From: Halobacteriovoraceae bacterium
GTDB taxonomy: Bacteria > Bdellovibrionota > Bacteriovoracia > Bacteriovoracales > Bacteriovoracaceae
Direction of reading: 5' to 3'
Assembly: GCA_020635115.1 (NCBI GenBank)
Contig: JACKAK010000004.1
Span: 115,487 to 179,486 of the forward strand
Length of the DNA: 64,000 bases
Of this stretch, positions 48,496 to 57,552 are shown in pieces. The number at the start of each line of letters is the position of its first letter. Positions within the stretch are counted from its first letter, which is position 1. The notes below the pieces were generated by a model. That model was given only the letters and a program-made list of their open reading frames with translations. It did not search any database and was not told the origin of the DNA. Position numbers and translations under genes: made by a program.

Positions 48496-49425
48496 ATGAA
48501 AAAAAATATATTAGCAGGCATTATTATTTCTCTTGTTATGGCCATATGGGCATTTTTGAATTTAGAAATCTATTCAAAACAAATCCATAAACAAGCTGAA
48601 AACCAAAAGAAAGAACAAATTAAAAATGAAATAAATTCTATACCAGAACCTGAAAATAAAGTTGTATTTGAAAGTGATCAAAAAACAGATTTATTAGATA
48701 ATATGATTTCAAATGATCCAATTGTTAGTAGACTTTTATCAATGAGGCCTGCTGAGATTAATAAGCTTAAACTCAAAAAACAAGAAATTCAAAGTTATAT
48801 TAGTAAATCAGAACAATTAATATCAATGCTCACAATATGCCTTCTAAAAAATAAATGTGCTCCTGAAGATGAATTCAAACGTGACCCTGATCAAAACACA
48901 ATTACGGATAAATTAGAAAAAATAGTCAAAAATTTGAATTTATTATTGGAAAAAAATCCAGGAATTTATAATGTATATTTCAGTAAATATTTTCGACTTT
49001 TTAATCTTGATAATGAATTTATTATGGAAAATACTTCAGCATTATTATTAAAAACAGTAAATGATGAGAAAACGGCGTTGGCATTTTTAAAAAAAATGGA
49101 TGATGTAAAAACAAATTCTATCACATCCTACCTAAACACAATCAGTAATAAAAACTTTTTAAAGAAATTTGACCTTGAGAAAGAGTTTAATGAATTACTC
49201 ATTGAACAAGCTTTAGAACGAAAAAGTTATGATGTTGGATTGTTTTTAGATTTTTTACTATTAAACGATTTTCCCAAAGATCTGACAGAAGATTTCATAA
49301 ACGCATTTTGTGCAAGAGATGAAATCCATATTAATAGTGAGGCCTTAAGACCAATTCGCAAAAAAATTGATATTTTCACTGAAAAGTTTAATGACTTAGA
49401 ACTACAAGAATGTCTACCTGATTAA
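48496..49425 (+). CDS. membrane-anchored hypothetical protein
   Basis: Single N-terminal TM helix (ILAGIIISLVMAIWAFL). Starts 2 nt after the previous stop. Confidence 0.5.
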   Translation: MKKNILAGIIISLVMAIWAFLNLEIYSKQIHKQAENQKKEQIKNEINSIPEPENKVVFESDQKTDLLDNMISNDPIVSRLLSMRPAEINKLKLKKQEIQSYISKSEQLISMLTICLLKNKCAPEDEFKRDPDQNTITDKLEKIVKNLNLLLEKNPGIYNVYFSKYFRLFNLDNEFIMENTSALLLKTVNDEKTALAFLKKMDDVKTNSITSYLNTISNKNFLKKFDLEKEFNELLIEQALERKSYDVGLFLDFLLLNDFPKDLTEDFINAFCARDEIHINSEALRPIRKKIDIFTEKFNDLELQECLPD

Positions 49426-50393
49426 TGATATTGTACAAAACTAGAGTTTTGAGAAATTAATGATCCACTAAATCTAAACGTTTCTGGATTGTAAGCTGAA
49501 ACTTTCCCATGTCCACCTGGTATATCTATTATATATTGAGGCAGTTGCCAGCCTGATAAACTTTTTCTAAGTTCTGAATATATTTTTCTACCAATTTCAA
49601 GATCTAAATAAAAATGCATAGCACCTTTTACCTTATCAGGATGATGTAAGTAGTAAGGTATGGCCCTTAAAGAAGAGATCTTCTTAAATAATGAAATTAA
49701 AATCTCAGGATTGTCATTAACACCTTTTAATAAAACACTTTGAGTTAAATGCTTTAAACCTAAACTATCAATTTTTATAAAAAGATTTTCAACATCAGAA
49801 CAAAATTCATCAGGATGATTTGTGTGAGTAACAATGATTAAGTTTTCAAAATTATTCAAATACTGGACAAGAATATTTAGCAGATCAGTAGTAAACCGTT
49901 TGGGAAGTACAGTTGTATAACGGGTGTGAAATCTGATATTTTTAATATTTGAGAGTTTAGAAAATGCTTGTAAATAGAATTCAAGTCTATTGTTATTTAG
50001 AGAAAATGGATCTCCTCCCGTAAAAATAATTTCATCAATCTCTGGATGCTCCTCTAAGTAGTGAAGTGTTTGGGAAAAATTCTCTGAAAAAATATCATCA
50101 AATCCTTTTGTGTGGATTTCATTTTTTCTAAAACAATATCTACAATTTACCGGGCAAGTCTTTACTGGTAAAAAGAGCACTCTATTACTATATCTATGGA
50201 TCAATTGAGGCGCTACAAGTTTATCATTATCACCAATTGGATCAATTGATCCCCCTTTTTGAAATTCTTCATCATATTCAATAGAATCTTGTATAAATTG
50301 TGCACTTAAAGGAACGCTTCTTTCTACCTTCTTCATAAAGGAGATCGGTACCAACTGTGGGAAATGTTCGTTTTCAATATTGCTCATGCGCAA
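49422..50393 (-). CDS. KamA-family radical SAM aminomutase, short form (EpmB/YjeK-like)
   Basis: CPVNCRYCFRK (CxxxCxxC), GGDP, and IDIPGGHGK (PLP-lysine region). 323 aa. Confidence 0.8.
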   Translation of the reverse strand: MRMSNIENEHFPQLVPISFMKKVERSVPLSAQFIQDSIEYDEEFQKGGSIDPIGDNDKLVAPQLIHRYSNRVLFLPVKTCPVNCRYCFRKNEIHTKGFDDIFSENFSQTLHYLEEHPEIDEIIFTGGDPFSLNNNRLEFYLQAFSKLSNIKNIRFHTRYTTVLPKRFTTDLLNILVQYLNNFENLIIVTHTNHPDEFCSDVENLFIKIDSLGLKHLTQSVLLKGVNDNPEILISLFKKISSLRAIPYYLHHPDKVKGAMHFYLDLEIGRKIYSELRKSLSGWQLPQYIIDIPGGHGKVSAYNPETFRFSGSLISQNSSFVQYH

Positions 50394-50401
50394 TTATTAG
50401 T

Positions 50402-51634
50402 CTAGGAAGTTTTCTTTGCCAACTCATCTTTATTTTTCATGTATTCTTCATATGCTCCTTCAGGCTCATAATAAACAAATTCTTTTCCTTCATAATTGCG
50501 AAGTGTAATCTTATTTCCCTCTCGCTTTACAAAGTACTCTGGCCCTACTGGTAATTTTCCACCTCCTCCTGGAGCATCAATAACAAAATGTGGAATGGCC
50601 AAACCCGATGTCCATCCCCTTAGTCCTTCAATGATTTCAATACCTTTTTCAATTGTCGTTCGGAAATGTGAAATTCCCTGAGCAAGATCACACTGATAAA
50701 TATAATAAGGTCTGATCCTCATCAGAAGTAATTTATGACAAAGTTCTTTTTGTATTTCAACGTCATCATTGACTCCCTTCAGTAGAACAGTCTGATTTCC
50801 CATTGTTATACCGGCCAAAGCTAATCTGCTAGAAGTTAAGAGTGCTTCTCTCGTCATTTCCTTTGGGTGATTAAAATGTGTATTGACATGAATTGGAGCA
50901 TACTTTTGCATGATTTCTATCAACTCATCATCAACTCTTTGCGGAAGTGTCACCAGATTTCTGGTACCTAGTCTAATTAATTCAATATGTGGCATTTTTC
51001 TGAGTTCGCTGAAAATATGTTCCAGCTTCTTATTACTTAATGATAAAGGATCTCCTCCAGATAAAATGACATCCCTAATTTCTGGATGGTTTCTAATATA
51101 AGTAAGACCACCTTCAATTTGTTTATTTGCTGCCGAAGTAGAAGGATCAGAAACTTTTCTTTTTCGAGTACAATGCCTACAATAAACTGGACAATTATGA
51201 GTAGTGTAAAACAAAACCCTATCTGGATAACGGTGAGTAATGCCAGGTACAGGCATATCTTTTTCTTCCCCAAGCGGGTCTTCTAAATCTGTATCTAATA
51301 TTGATAATTCACCCGGTTGTGGCACCGATTGTAATCTCACTGGACATTTCGGATCATTTTCATCCATTAACGTTGAGTAATAGGGCGTAATACCCATATG
51401 AAACATTTCATCACTGGCCGTGAAAGCTCTTTTTTCGTCCTCTGTGATATTTATAACAAAATTGAGATTTTTGAGATCTTTTATACGGGTCTTTTGCTGC
51501 CATATCCAACTGTTCCAATCATCATCACTAACATTTTTCCAAGGGCCCTTACCTGCAATTGGGAAACGTTTAAGTATATGCTCTGGGTACAATTTTTCTA
51601 AATCCTTTAAATTTTGGATATCCTTGAAATTCAT
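50402..51634 (-). CDS. lysine 2,3-aminomutase (KamA family), long form
   Basis: CPVYCRHCTRKR, SGGDPL and VIDAPGGGGKLPV. I place the start at ATG 51634 (MNFKDIQNL...). The track ORF extends to 51685. Confidence 0.85.
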   Translation of the reverse strand: MNFKDIQNLKDLEKLYPEHILKRFPIAGKGPWKNVSDDDWNSWIWQQKTRIKDLKNLNFVINITEDEKRAFTASDEMFHMGITPYYSTLMDENDPKCPVRLQSVPQPGELSILDTDLEDPLGEEKDMPVPGITHRYPDRVLFYTTHNCPVYCRHCTRKRKVSDPSTSAANKQIEGGLTYIRNHPEIRDVILSGGDPLSLSNKKLEHIFSELRKMPHIELIRLGTRNLVTLPQRVDDELIEIMQKYAPIHVNTHFNHPKEMTREALLTSSRLALAGITMGNQTVLLKGVNDDVEIQKELCHKLLLMRIRPYYIYQCDLAQGISHFRTTIEKGIEIIEGLRGWTSGLAIPHFVIDAPGGGGKLPVGPEYFVKREGNKITLRNYEGKEFVYYEPEGAYEEYMKNKDELAKKTS

Positions 51635-51753
51635 GGCCCACCTCCAGATATTCGTTAAGCCCATTATACAATAAATATAACGCAAAATCCTCTAGTAGAG
51701 ATTACCTAACTATTCGATTGTTTGATGATGAGAAGGTCAAAAACCGCGAATCT

Positions 51754-51981
51754 TCATTTTTTTACGAGCCATTTGCCCCATGCAGCACATAGTCTAATTA
51801 AAATTGCACCATAAAGGGCCATTCCACAAAAATGAATGATAACTTCGGTCATTTTAAGAGTCCCGCCTTCTTCAAGTAACCAGATCATCCACCAAAGAAG
51901 GAGTAAATGTGCAATAAGTATCAACAATTGTTGAAGTCGATAAGAGGGCCCTGAACTTAAAAAATTCTTAAGTGAAATCAT
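51754..51981 (-). CDS. small two-TM membrane protein
   Basis: 75 aa with two hydrophobic helices. No motif. Confidence 0.4.
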   Translation of the reverse strand: MISLKNFLSSGPSYRLQQLLILIAHLLLLWWMIWLLEEGGTLKMTEVIIHFCGMALYGAILIRLCAAWGKWLVKK

Positions 51982-52110
51982 GCGAGTGCATTATTACAGC
52001 TCTAACGGTGCTTTGACAAATATTTCTAACCATTTCTTTCTTCAATAGACAGAATTACTTGATTGACCCATAGTTTAATCCATGAATACTTTCTATAAAA
52101 GGATTTTAGT

Positions 52111-52806
52111 TTGAGACAAGTAGGTGTCTTTTTTGTTTTTGTTTTTATTTCACAATTAATTTTAGCGGGAGAGTCAATATTTGTAGGTGAAAATGCGCAG
52201 ATGAAATATATAGAAATTCCATTGAAAAATCATTTTCAAAATAAAGATGGGTCTTTAAATCTTAGTGAAATAGAAAAATATGTCTATAGACAACTCAAGC
52301 AAAAAAGAATTGATGAACTCAAAGGTGATCACTTTTCGGGTTCGTTGACAAAATTTATTGTTGAAATTGATGAGGCCAACTCAGTTGTGTCGAAAGATAA
52401 AATTGAGTTACTTGTCGCTCAAAAAGAATCTTTGATATCACCTGTGATTACTGAGCTAACAAAAGAGAAAGTCATAAATATTAAAGCAACACTTCAACTT
52501 GCAAGTACAAAAACCACACTTGTTAAAGTTAAGTTTTCCCCCTCACTTGTTAAAATTGACTATGAACTTAAAAAACCTAAAATAAAAATAGTTCAAGACA
52601 TTGAAACCCATGAAATTGCTTTTCATATGCTTAAGGCCGAAAGAAATCGTAAAAGAAAACAGTTCCACCTCGTTGTTCATTTTTTCTATAGTGAAAGAGA
52701 TCAGGTGTCGGCCACAATGAATGATACAATGATAAGTAAATCATTCAAAATAAATAGAGTAGGATTTGTTGAATCTGCATGTAACCGCATCATGAGTGGT
52801 CATTAG
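52111..52806 (+). CDS. secreted hypothetical protein
   Basis: TTG start. Signal-like MRQVGVFFVFVFISQLILA. Confidence 0.45.
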   Translation: MRQVGVFFVFVFISQLILAGESIFVGENAQMKYIEIPLKNHFQNKDGSLNLSEIEKYVYRQLKQKRIDELKGDHFSGSLTKFIVEIDEANSVVSKDKIELLVAQKESLISPVITELTKEKVINIKATLQLASTKTTLVKVKFSPSLVKIDYELKKPKIKIVQDIETHEIAFHMLKAERNRKRKQFHLVVHFFYSERDQVSATMNDTMISKSFKINRVGFVESACNRIMSGH

Positions 52807-53666
52807 TTTTTTATTTCTAAAATCTTCTTTAATGAATACTGCTTATAAGTGTCAGTCTCGATACATAGTGCGTAAAGAATTGTTCCACTCGGAGTCGGAA
52901 GTATGGAGACGGGTTTAACTGGCCTAAATTGGTTTTTCTTAGAGCCACCAGCATACTTTATCTGAATAGGTTCTTGTTTAAAGGCAAACTCGACCAAACT
53001 TTTGAGATGTTTTGGAATTTGCATTAAATCTAATTCTTTAAAATCTGAAAAATTGAACTGTTTTGCTTTCTGTATGAAATCATTTTGTCCATTTAAAGCA
53101 CCTTGAATGATTAACTCTAAACTGACATAAGCATCATCTAAGGCCCTATGGTGATTTGATAAATGTATTTTAAAATGCTTGGCCAAATTTCCGAGTTTGT
53201 GATTTTTTACATCTTTGTTAACTTTCCTTGAAAAATCACATGAACAATAAATGTCTGAATGAGGAAAAAAAATCTTGTTTTGGTGCATTAGAAATACCAA
53301 AAAGCCGATATCGAATTTAGCATTGTGAGCTATGATCGGTAAATCTTCGATAAAGTGAATCAAGTCTTCTAAAACTGCCCCAATTTTCCTTTTACCTTTT
53401 ACCATTTGATTGTCGATACCATGGATGTCTATTATCGATTGATCTATAGTAACCTCAGGGTCGCAGATTTCATCAAAAATTGAAACCCCTATTGGCGTCA
53501 CTTTTATTGCAGAAACTTCGACAATTTTATCAACAACAGGTGATAATCCAGTTGTTTCCAAATCCAAAGCTAAGACTCCATTTGGGAAAATACTCAATAG
53601 TTTTTCTTGCTTTAATCTGTTTATTTGTGACTGCAGAAATTCGCTTTTATTCAGTTGTTTATCCAC
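52803..53666 (-). CDS. DEDDh 3'-5' exonuclease (DnaQ/epsilon-like) fused to a C-terminal WYL-like domain
   Basis: Exo I LALDLETTGL, Exo II IAHNAKFDIGFL, Exo III HHRALDDAY. The last 90 aa (IQIKYAGGSKKNQFRPVKPVSILPTPSGTILYALCIETDTYKQYSLKKILEIK) follow the WYL beta-barrel pattern. Confidence 0.8.
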   Translation of the reverse strand: MDKQLNKSEFLQSQINRLKQEKLLSIFPNGVLALDLETTGLSPVVDKIVEVSAIKVTPIGVSIFDEICDPEVTIDQSIIDIHGIDNQMVKGKRKIGAVLEDLIHFIEDLPIIAHNAKFDIGFLVFLMHQNKIFFPHSDIYCSCDFSRKVNKDVKNHKLGNLAKHFKIHLSNHHRALDDAYVSLELIIQGALNGQNDFIQKAKQFNFSDFKELDLMQIPKHLKSLVEFAFKQEPIQIKYAGGSKKNQFRPVKPVSILPTPSGTILYALCIETDTYKQYSLKKILEIKN

Positions 53667-53792
53667 TTTAATAATTCTCTATAAAGTCATAGTTAAATTG
53701 ACAATTCCCTAGGGTAAATCTAAAAATTCTATTACTAAACGTTTGACAGGTTATACTACTTCGCACAAAAAACCAAGGTATTAGGACGCAAC

Positions 53793-55184
53793 ATGAAATC
53801 ATTTGATGTAATTGTTTTAGGGGCAGGGCCAGGCGGATATGTGGCCGCAATAAGAGCTGCACAATTAGGAAATAAAGTGGCCATTGTAGAAGAGGATAAA
53901 CTAGGTGGAGTTTGTCTCAACAGAGGATGCATCCCAACTAAGGCCCTTTTAAAATCTGCCCATTCAGTACATGAATTAGCAGAATTTAGTAAACTAGGAA
54001 TAAATATTGAACTCAAAAGTTTAGATGGATCTCAAGCAGTTCTAAGGGCCAATCAGATCAGTGATAGAATTTCAAAAGGTGTGGCCTTTCTGATGAAAAA
54101 AAATAATATCGAAGTCATTTATGGCAGTGGGGTTATCAAATCTCAAACCGCCCTAGAAGTTAAGTCTCCTAAGGGTCATACTGACACATATTCGTTTAAA
54201 AAGCTAATCATCGCAACAGGTGCAAAATACAGAACTTTTCCAGGATTAGATCACGACGGAAAAAGATTAATCGGGGCTTGGGAGGCCGTGAAGTTAAAAG
54301 AACTTCCTAAGTCAATTGGTATTATTGGCGCAGGGGCCATAGGTGTTGAATTTGCTTATTTTTGGAATGCTTTTGGCGTAGACGTCCATATTTTTGAATT
54401 ACAAAATCATCTCCTTCCCATAGAGGATGAGGAGAGTTCAAAAGAAGTTGAAAAGGCCTATAAAAAATATGGAATAAAAATGTCTTTGGGGATTGAAGGA
54501 ATTTCAGCAAAAAATAACGGTAATGATGTCAGCTTCATTGTAAAAGAAAATGGTAAAGAAAATATTTATCATTTTGATTTGGGATTAATTGCTGTTGGAA
54601 TGACCGGAAATGTTGACAATATTGGTTTAGAGAATCTGGGGATTAAGGTTGATAAGGGTTTTATAAAAGTAGATTCATTTTATCAGACAAATATTTCAAA
54701 CATATATGCCATTGGAGATGTCTCTGGCCCTCCTTTGTTGGCCCACGCAGCTTCGCATGAAGGAGTCATTGCAGCTGAACATCTGTCAGGGACGCATCCT
54801 CATCCATTAGATAAGAGAAATATTCCTGGATGCACTTATTGCTATCCACAGGTAGCATCAGTAGGGTACACAGAAAAAGAATTAAAAGAAGAAGGGATTG
54901 AATACAGTGTTGGAAAATTACCTTTTTCGGCCAATGGAAAGGCCCAGGCCAGTAATGAGACTTCTGGACACATAAAGGTGCTTATGGGGAAAAAACATGG
55001 AGAAATGCTAGGGGCACATATTGTTGGTGATAATGCTACAGAATTAATCCATGAATATGTGTTATTTCGTACAATGGAGGGGATAGATGAAGAAATTTTT
55101 GCTACTGTTCATCCTCATCCCACTCTTGGTGAGTTTTTGGCCGAGGCCGTACTTGCATCAAAAAATAGAGCTTTAAACTTTTAG
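53793..55184 (+). CDS. lpdA: dihydrolipoyl dehydrogenase (E3)
   Basis: GAGPGGYVAAIRAAQLG, redox disulfide GGVCLNRGCIPTK, NAD site GAGAIGVEFA and C-terminal HPHPTLGE. Confidence 0.93.
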   Translation: MKSFDVIVLGAGPGGYVAAIRAAQLGNKVAIVEEDKLGGVCLNRGCIPTKALLKSAHSVHELAEFSKLGINIELKSLDGSQAVLRANQISDRISKGVAFLMKKNNIEVIYGSGVIKSQTALEVKSPKGHTDTYSFKKLIIATGAKYRTFPGLDHDGKRLIGAWEAVKLKELPKSIGIIGAGAIGVEFAYFWNAFGVDVHIFELQNHLLPIEDEESSKEVEKAYKKYGIKMSLGIEGISAKNNGNDVSFIVKENGKENIYHFDLGLIAVGMTGNVDNIGLENLGIKVDKGFIKVDSFYQTNISNIYAIGDVSGPPLLAHAASHEGVIAAEHLSGTHPHPLDKRNIPGCTYCYPQVASVGYTEKELKEEGIEYSVGKLPFSANGKAQASNETSGHIKVLMGKKHGEMLGAHIVGDNATELIHEYVLFRTMEGIDEEIFATVHPHPTLGEFLAEAVLASKNRALNF

Positions 55185-55195
55185 GAGATATATCA

Positions 55196-56488
55196 ATGGC
55201 CAGAATAGAAATCGTTATGCCACAAATGGGTGAGTCAATTACTAACGGTACGATTACACGTTGGAATAAAAGTGTTGGAGATGCTATTGAATTAGATGAA
55301 ATCCTTTTTGAAATTTCAACCGACAAAGTAGAATCTGAAATACCTTCACCTGTAGAAGGAAAACTTGTTGAAATTCTCTTTCCTGAGGGTGAAACAGTTG
55401 ATGTGGGAATACCTGTTGCAGTAGTTGATGATGATATGAACGCTGAAGTGGTAGCAACTTCCCAAGCACCGGCCGAGAAACCTTCTCAAGCTCCGGTTGT
55501 CCCTGAAATTCCTGTATCAAACGAAGAGGGAAGCAATGATAGGAGATTCTATACTCCGTTGGTAAAAAAAATGGCAGAAGAAGCAGGAGTTCCACTTTGT
55601 GAACTTTCAAAAGTCCAAGGAAGTGGTGCAGGGGGTAGAGTTAATAAACAAGATCTTGAAAACTTTATCACTAATAATGGCCCCGTAAAATCATCACAAC
55701 CTCCTAAATCTGAATCTGTATCTACATCTTCAAAAGCACCCTCTTTACCTACTGGAGGAGTTGCTCAAGTTAGAGGTGCAGGAGAGAGAGTGGAAATTAT
55801 TCCAATGGATAATATGAGGAAGGCCATTGCCAAAAATATGGTGTCTTCAAAATTAACGTCACCTCATGTGAGTTCCATTTCAGAAGTAGATGTGACTCAT
55901 ATAGTTCAGTATAGAGAAAAAATTAAGCACGACTTTAAAAAACGTGAAGGTGTAAATCTCACTTATACACATTTCTTTTTATGGGCCATTACACAAGCTT
56001 TAAAGGAATATCCTCTCGTTAATGCCTCGATTGAAGGCGATAATATTGTCGTCAAAAAAGATATTAATTTGGGTTGTGCCGTTGCTGTTCCGGGAAATGG
56101 TTTAGTTGTACCAGTTATTAGAAATATAGACACCTTAAATATGGTAGGAATTGTAAGGGCCCTCGATTCTCTTGTACAAAAGGCCAGAACAAGAAAACTT
56201 ACAATGGAAGAACTAACCGGAGGAACTTTCACATTTACAAACGTAGGTTCATTTGGAACTTTAATGGCCACTCCAGTTATATTACAACCCCAAGTAGGTA
56301 TTCTAGCAGGTGGAGCAATACAAAAAAGAGTTGTGGTCACAAAAGATAATTCAATTGCTATCCGTGATATGCTTTACCTTACACATACCTATGATCACAG
56401 ACTCGTGGATGGAGAGCTTGGTGGATTGTTTTTAGAATATATATGCCAAAAACTCAGAGACCTTGATCCAAGCTCTATAGTTTCTTAA
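55196..56488 (+). CDS. 2-oxoacid dehydrogenase E2 (dihydrolipoamide acyltransferase)
   Basis: Single lipoyl domain (EISTDKVESEIPSP), Pro/Ala linker, E3-binding domain (TPLVKKMAEEAGV) and catalytic THTYDHRLVDG. Confidence 0.92.
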   Translation: MARIEIVMPQMGESITNGTITRWNKSVGDAIELDEILFEISTDKVESEIPSPVEGKLVEILFPEGETVDVGIPVAVVDDDMNAEVVATSQAPAEKPSQAPVVPEIPVSNEEGSNDRRFYTPLVKKMAEEAGVPLCELSKVQGSGAGGRVNKQDLENFITNNGPVKSSQPPKSESVSTSSKAPSLPTGGVAQVRGAGERVEIIPMDNMRKAIAKNMVSSKLTSPHVSSISEVDVTHIVQYREKIKHDFKKREGVNLTYTHFFLWAITQALKEYPLVNASIEGDNIVVKKDINLGCAVAVPGNGLVVPVIRNIDTLNMVGIVRALDSLVQKARTRKLTMEELTGGTFTFTNVGSFGTLMATPVILQPQVGILAGGAIQKRVVVTKDNSIAIRDMLYLTHTYDHRLVDGELGGLFLEYICQKLRDLDPSSIVS

Positions 56489-56494
56489 AGCTAT

Positions 56495-57373
56495 TTAGAA
56501 ATCCTTAATTATATCTACCAGTGCAGGTATGTCGATAAAAGGATTTCTGGTATATTGGATTTTATAGATTAAATTGTTTCGTATCATCTCATGACTTGAG
56601 ACAGGATCTATCTGGTTCCATTTTCTAAGGACTGCTTCTTGATATTGATCTATTGGAGAATTGTATTTGATAGAAAAGTAGAACATTGCCCGAGCAATGT
56701 CGCCTTTGATATGCGATGGAGGCTCATAGCTAGATTGGTTGCTCTCAACATCATAACCAAAACTGGAGGGAGAGCATAAATGCTCGTTTAAGACTTCCTC
56801 AACTTCAGCAAAAGGATAGTTTCCTCGAGTCGAGTTTGCATAGGAACTAACAGGCAAAAGGTGGTGTAAATCTGATTTTTGCATATCTTTGCTAAAAGTT
56901 TTATTAAATTTACTTTGAGGCCAAATGTGTTCACAATTTATAAAGTGATGGTTTGGAATTTTTCCTTTTCCAATTGGCGCTTCTTTAAAAGATGACTCTC
57001 TATAAATAATGTTACAATAATTGTCTTTCAGAAATATCCCTAATTCATCTTTTTCTAAAAATAATGTTCCAAAAAGAATTCTTCTTGCATCCTGATAGGA
57101 AAATACTCTATGAGTAAAACAATTTTTTTTACCTTCGCAGTTTTTTACAAGTAAGTCATCTTCATTTTTACTAACGATATGACTTAAGTACATTATTTTT
57201 TGTAAATCTTTTTTCATTTGTTCTGGATTGAGATGTCCGTTTTTAATATTTTCTCTAAATTGCTTAGGGTAATAATTTTGAAAAGCATAGGATCTTATTG
57301 AAATTAATAATAAGATTAAGATTTTATACATATTCATCCTTGTGTTAAACATTTTCTTCAATGAAAAGTTCAC
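56495..57373 (-). CDS. secreted endonuclease I family nuclease (EndA/NucM-like)
   Basis: CEHIWPQSKF, DLHHLLP, NSTRGNYPF and TRNPFID are endonuclease I motifs. Signal peptide after an internal Met (MYKILILLLISIRSYA), so the true start is probably downstream of GTG 57373. Confidence 0.85.
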   Translation of the reverse strand: MNFSLKKMFNTRMNMYKILILLLISIRSYAFQNYYPKQFRENIKNGHLNPEQMKKDLQKIMYLSHIVSKNEDDLLVKNCEGKKNCFTHRVFSYQDARRILFGTLFLEKDELGIFLKDNYCNIIYRESSFKEAPIGKGKIPNHHFINCEHIWPQSKFNKTFSKDMQKSDLHHLLPVSSYANSTRGNYPFAEVEEVLNEHLCSPSSFGYDVESNQSSYEPPSHIKGDIARAMFYFSIKYNSPIDQYQEAVLRKWNQIDPVSSHEMIRNNLIYKIQYTRNPFIDIPALVDIIKDF

Positions 57374-57485
57374 AATAATCTTACTAATAAGATGTATTAA
57401 ATATCTCTAAGAAAATTCTTACATTTTGTGAGTTTTGTTACATTTTCTGTAAGGTTAGTTGAGTGAAATTGTAATGAGTTTTTTT

Positions 57486-57514
57486 AAAAAAAGGCCATGA
57501 ATTAATTCATGGCC
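57486..57514 (-). terminator. rho-independent terminator
   Basis: Perfect 22-nt palindrome GGCCATGAATTAATTCATGGCC (57493-57514), followed on the minus strand by a 7-nt T-run. Lies 39 nt downstream of the stop of the 780-aa gene. Confidence 0.7.
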
Positions 57515-57552
57515 CTATGAGTGATGATTATTTTGGATATGTGATTATTTAA

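Noticed and set aside
51635-51753. Lysine riboswitch upstream of the KamA gene
   Set aside because: The leader is only about 120 nt if the ATG 51634 start is used, shorter than a typical L-box. I could not trace the conserved helices by eye. It would need a covariance-model scan (Rfam RF00168) to settle.
55284-56340. Minus-strand ORFs 55284-55610 and 55963-56340 inside the E2 gene
   Set aside because: They are antisense shadow ORFs within a gene that has an unambiguous lipoyl domain and catalytic motifs.
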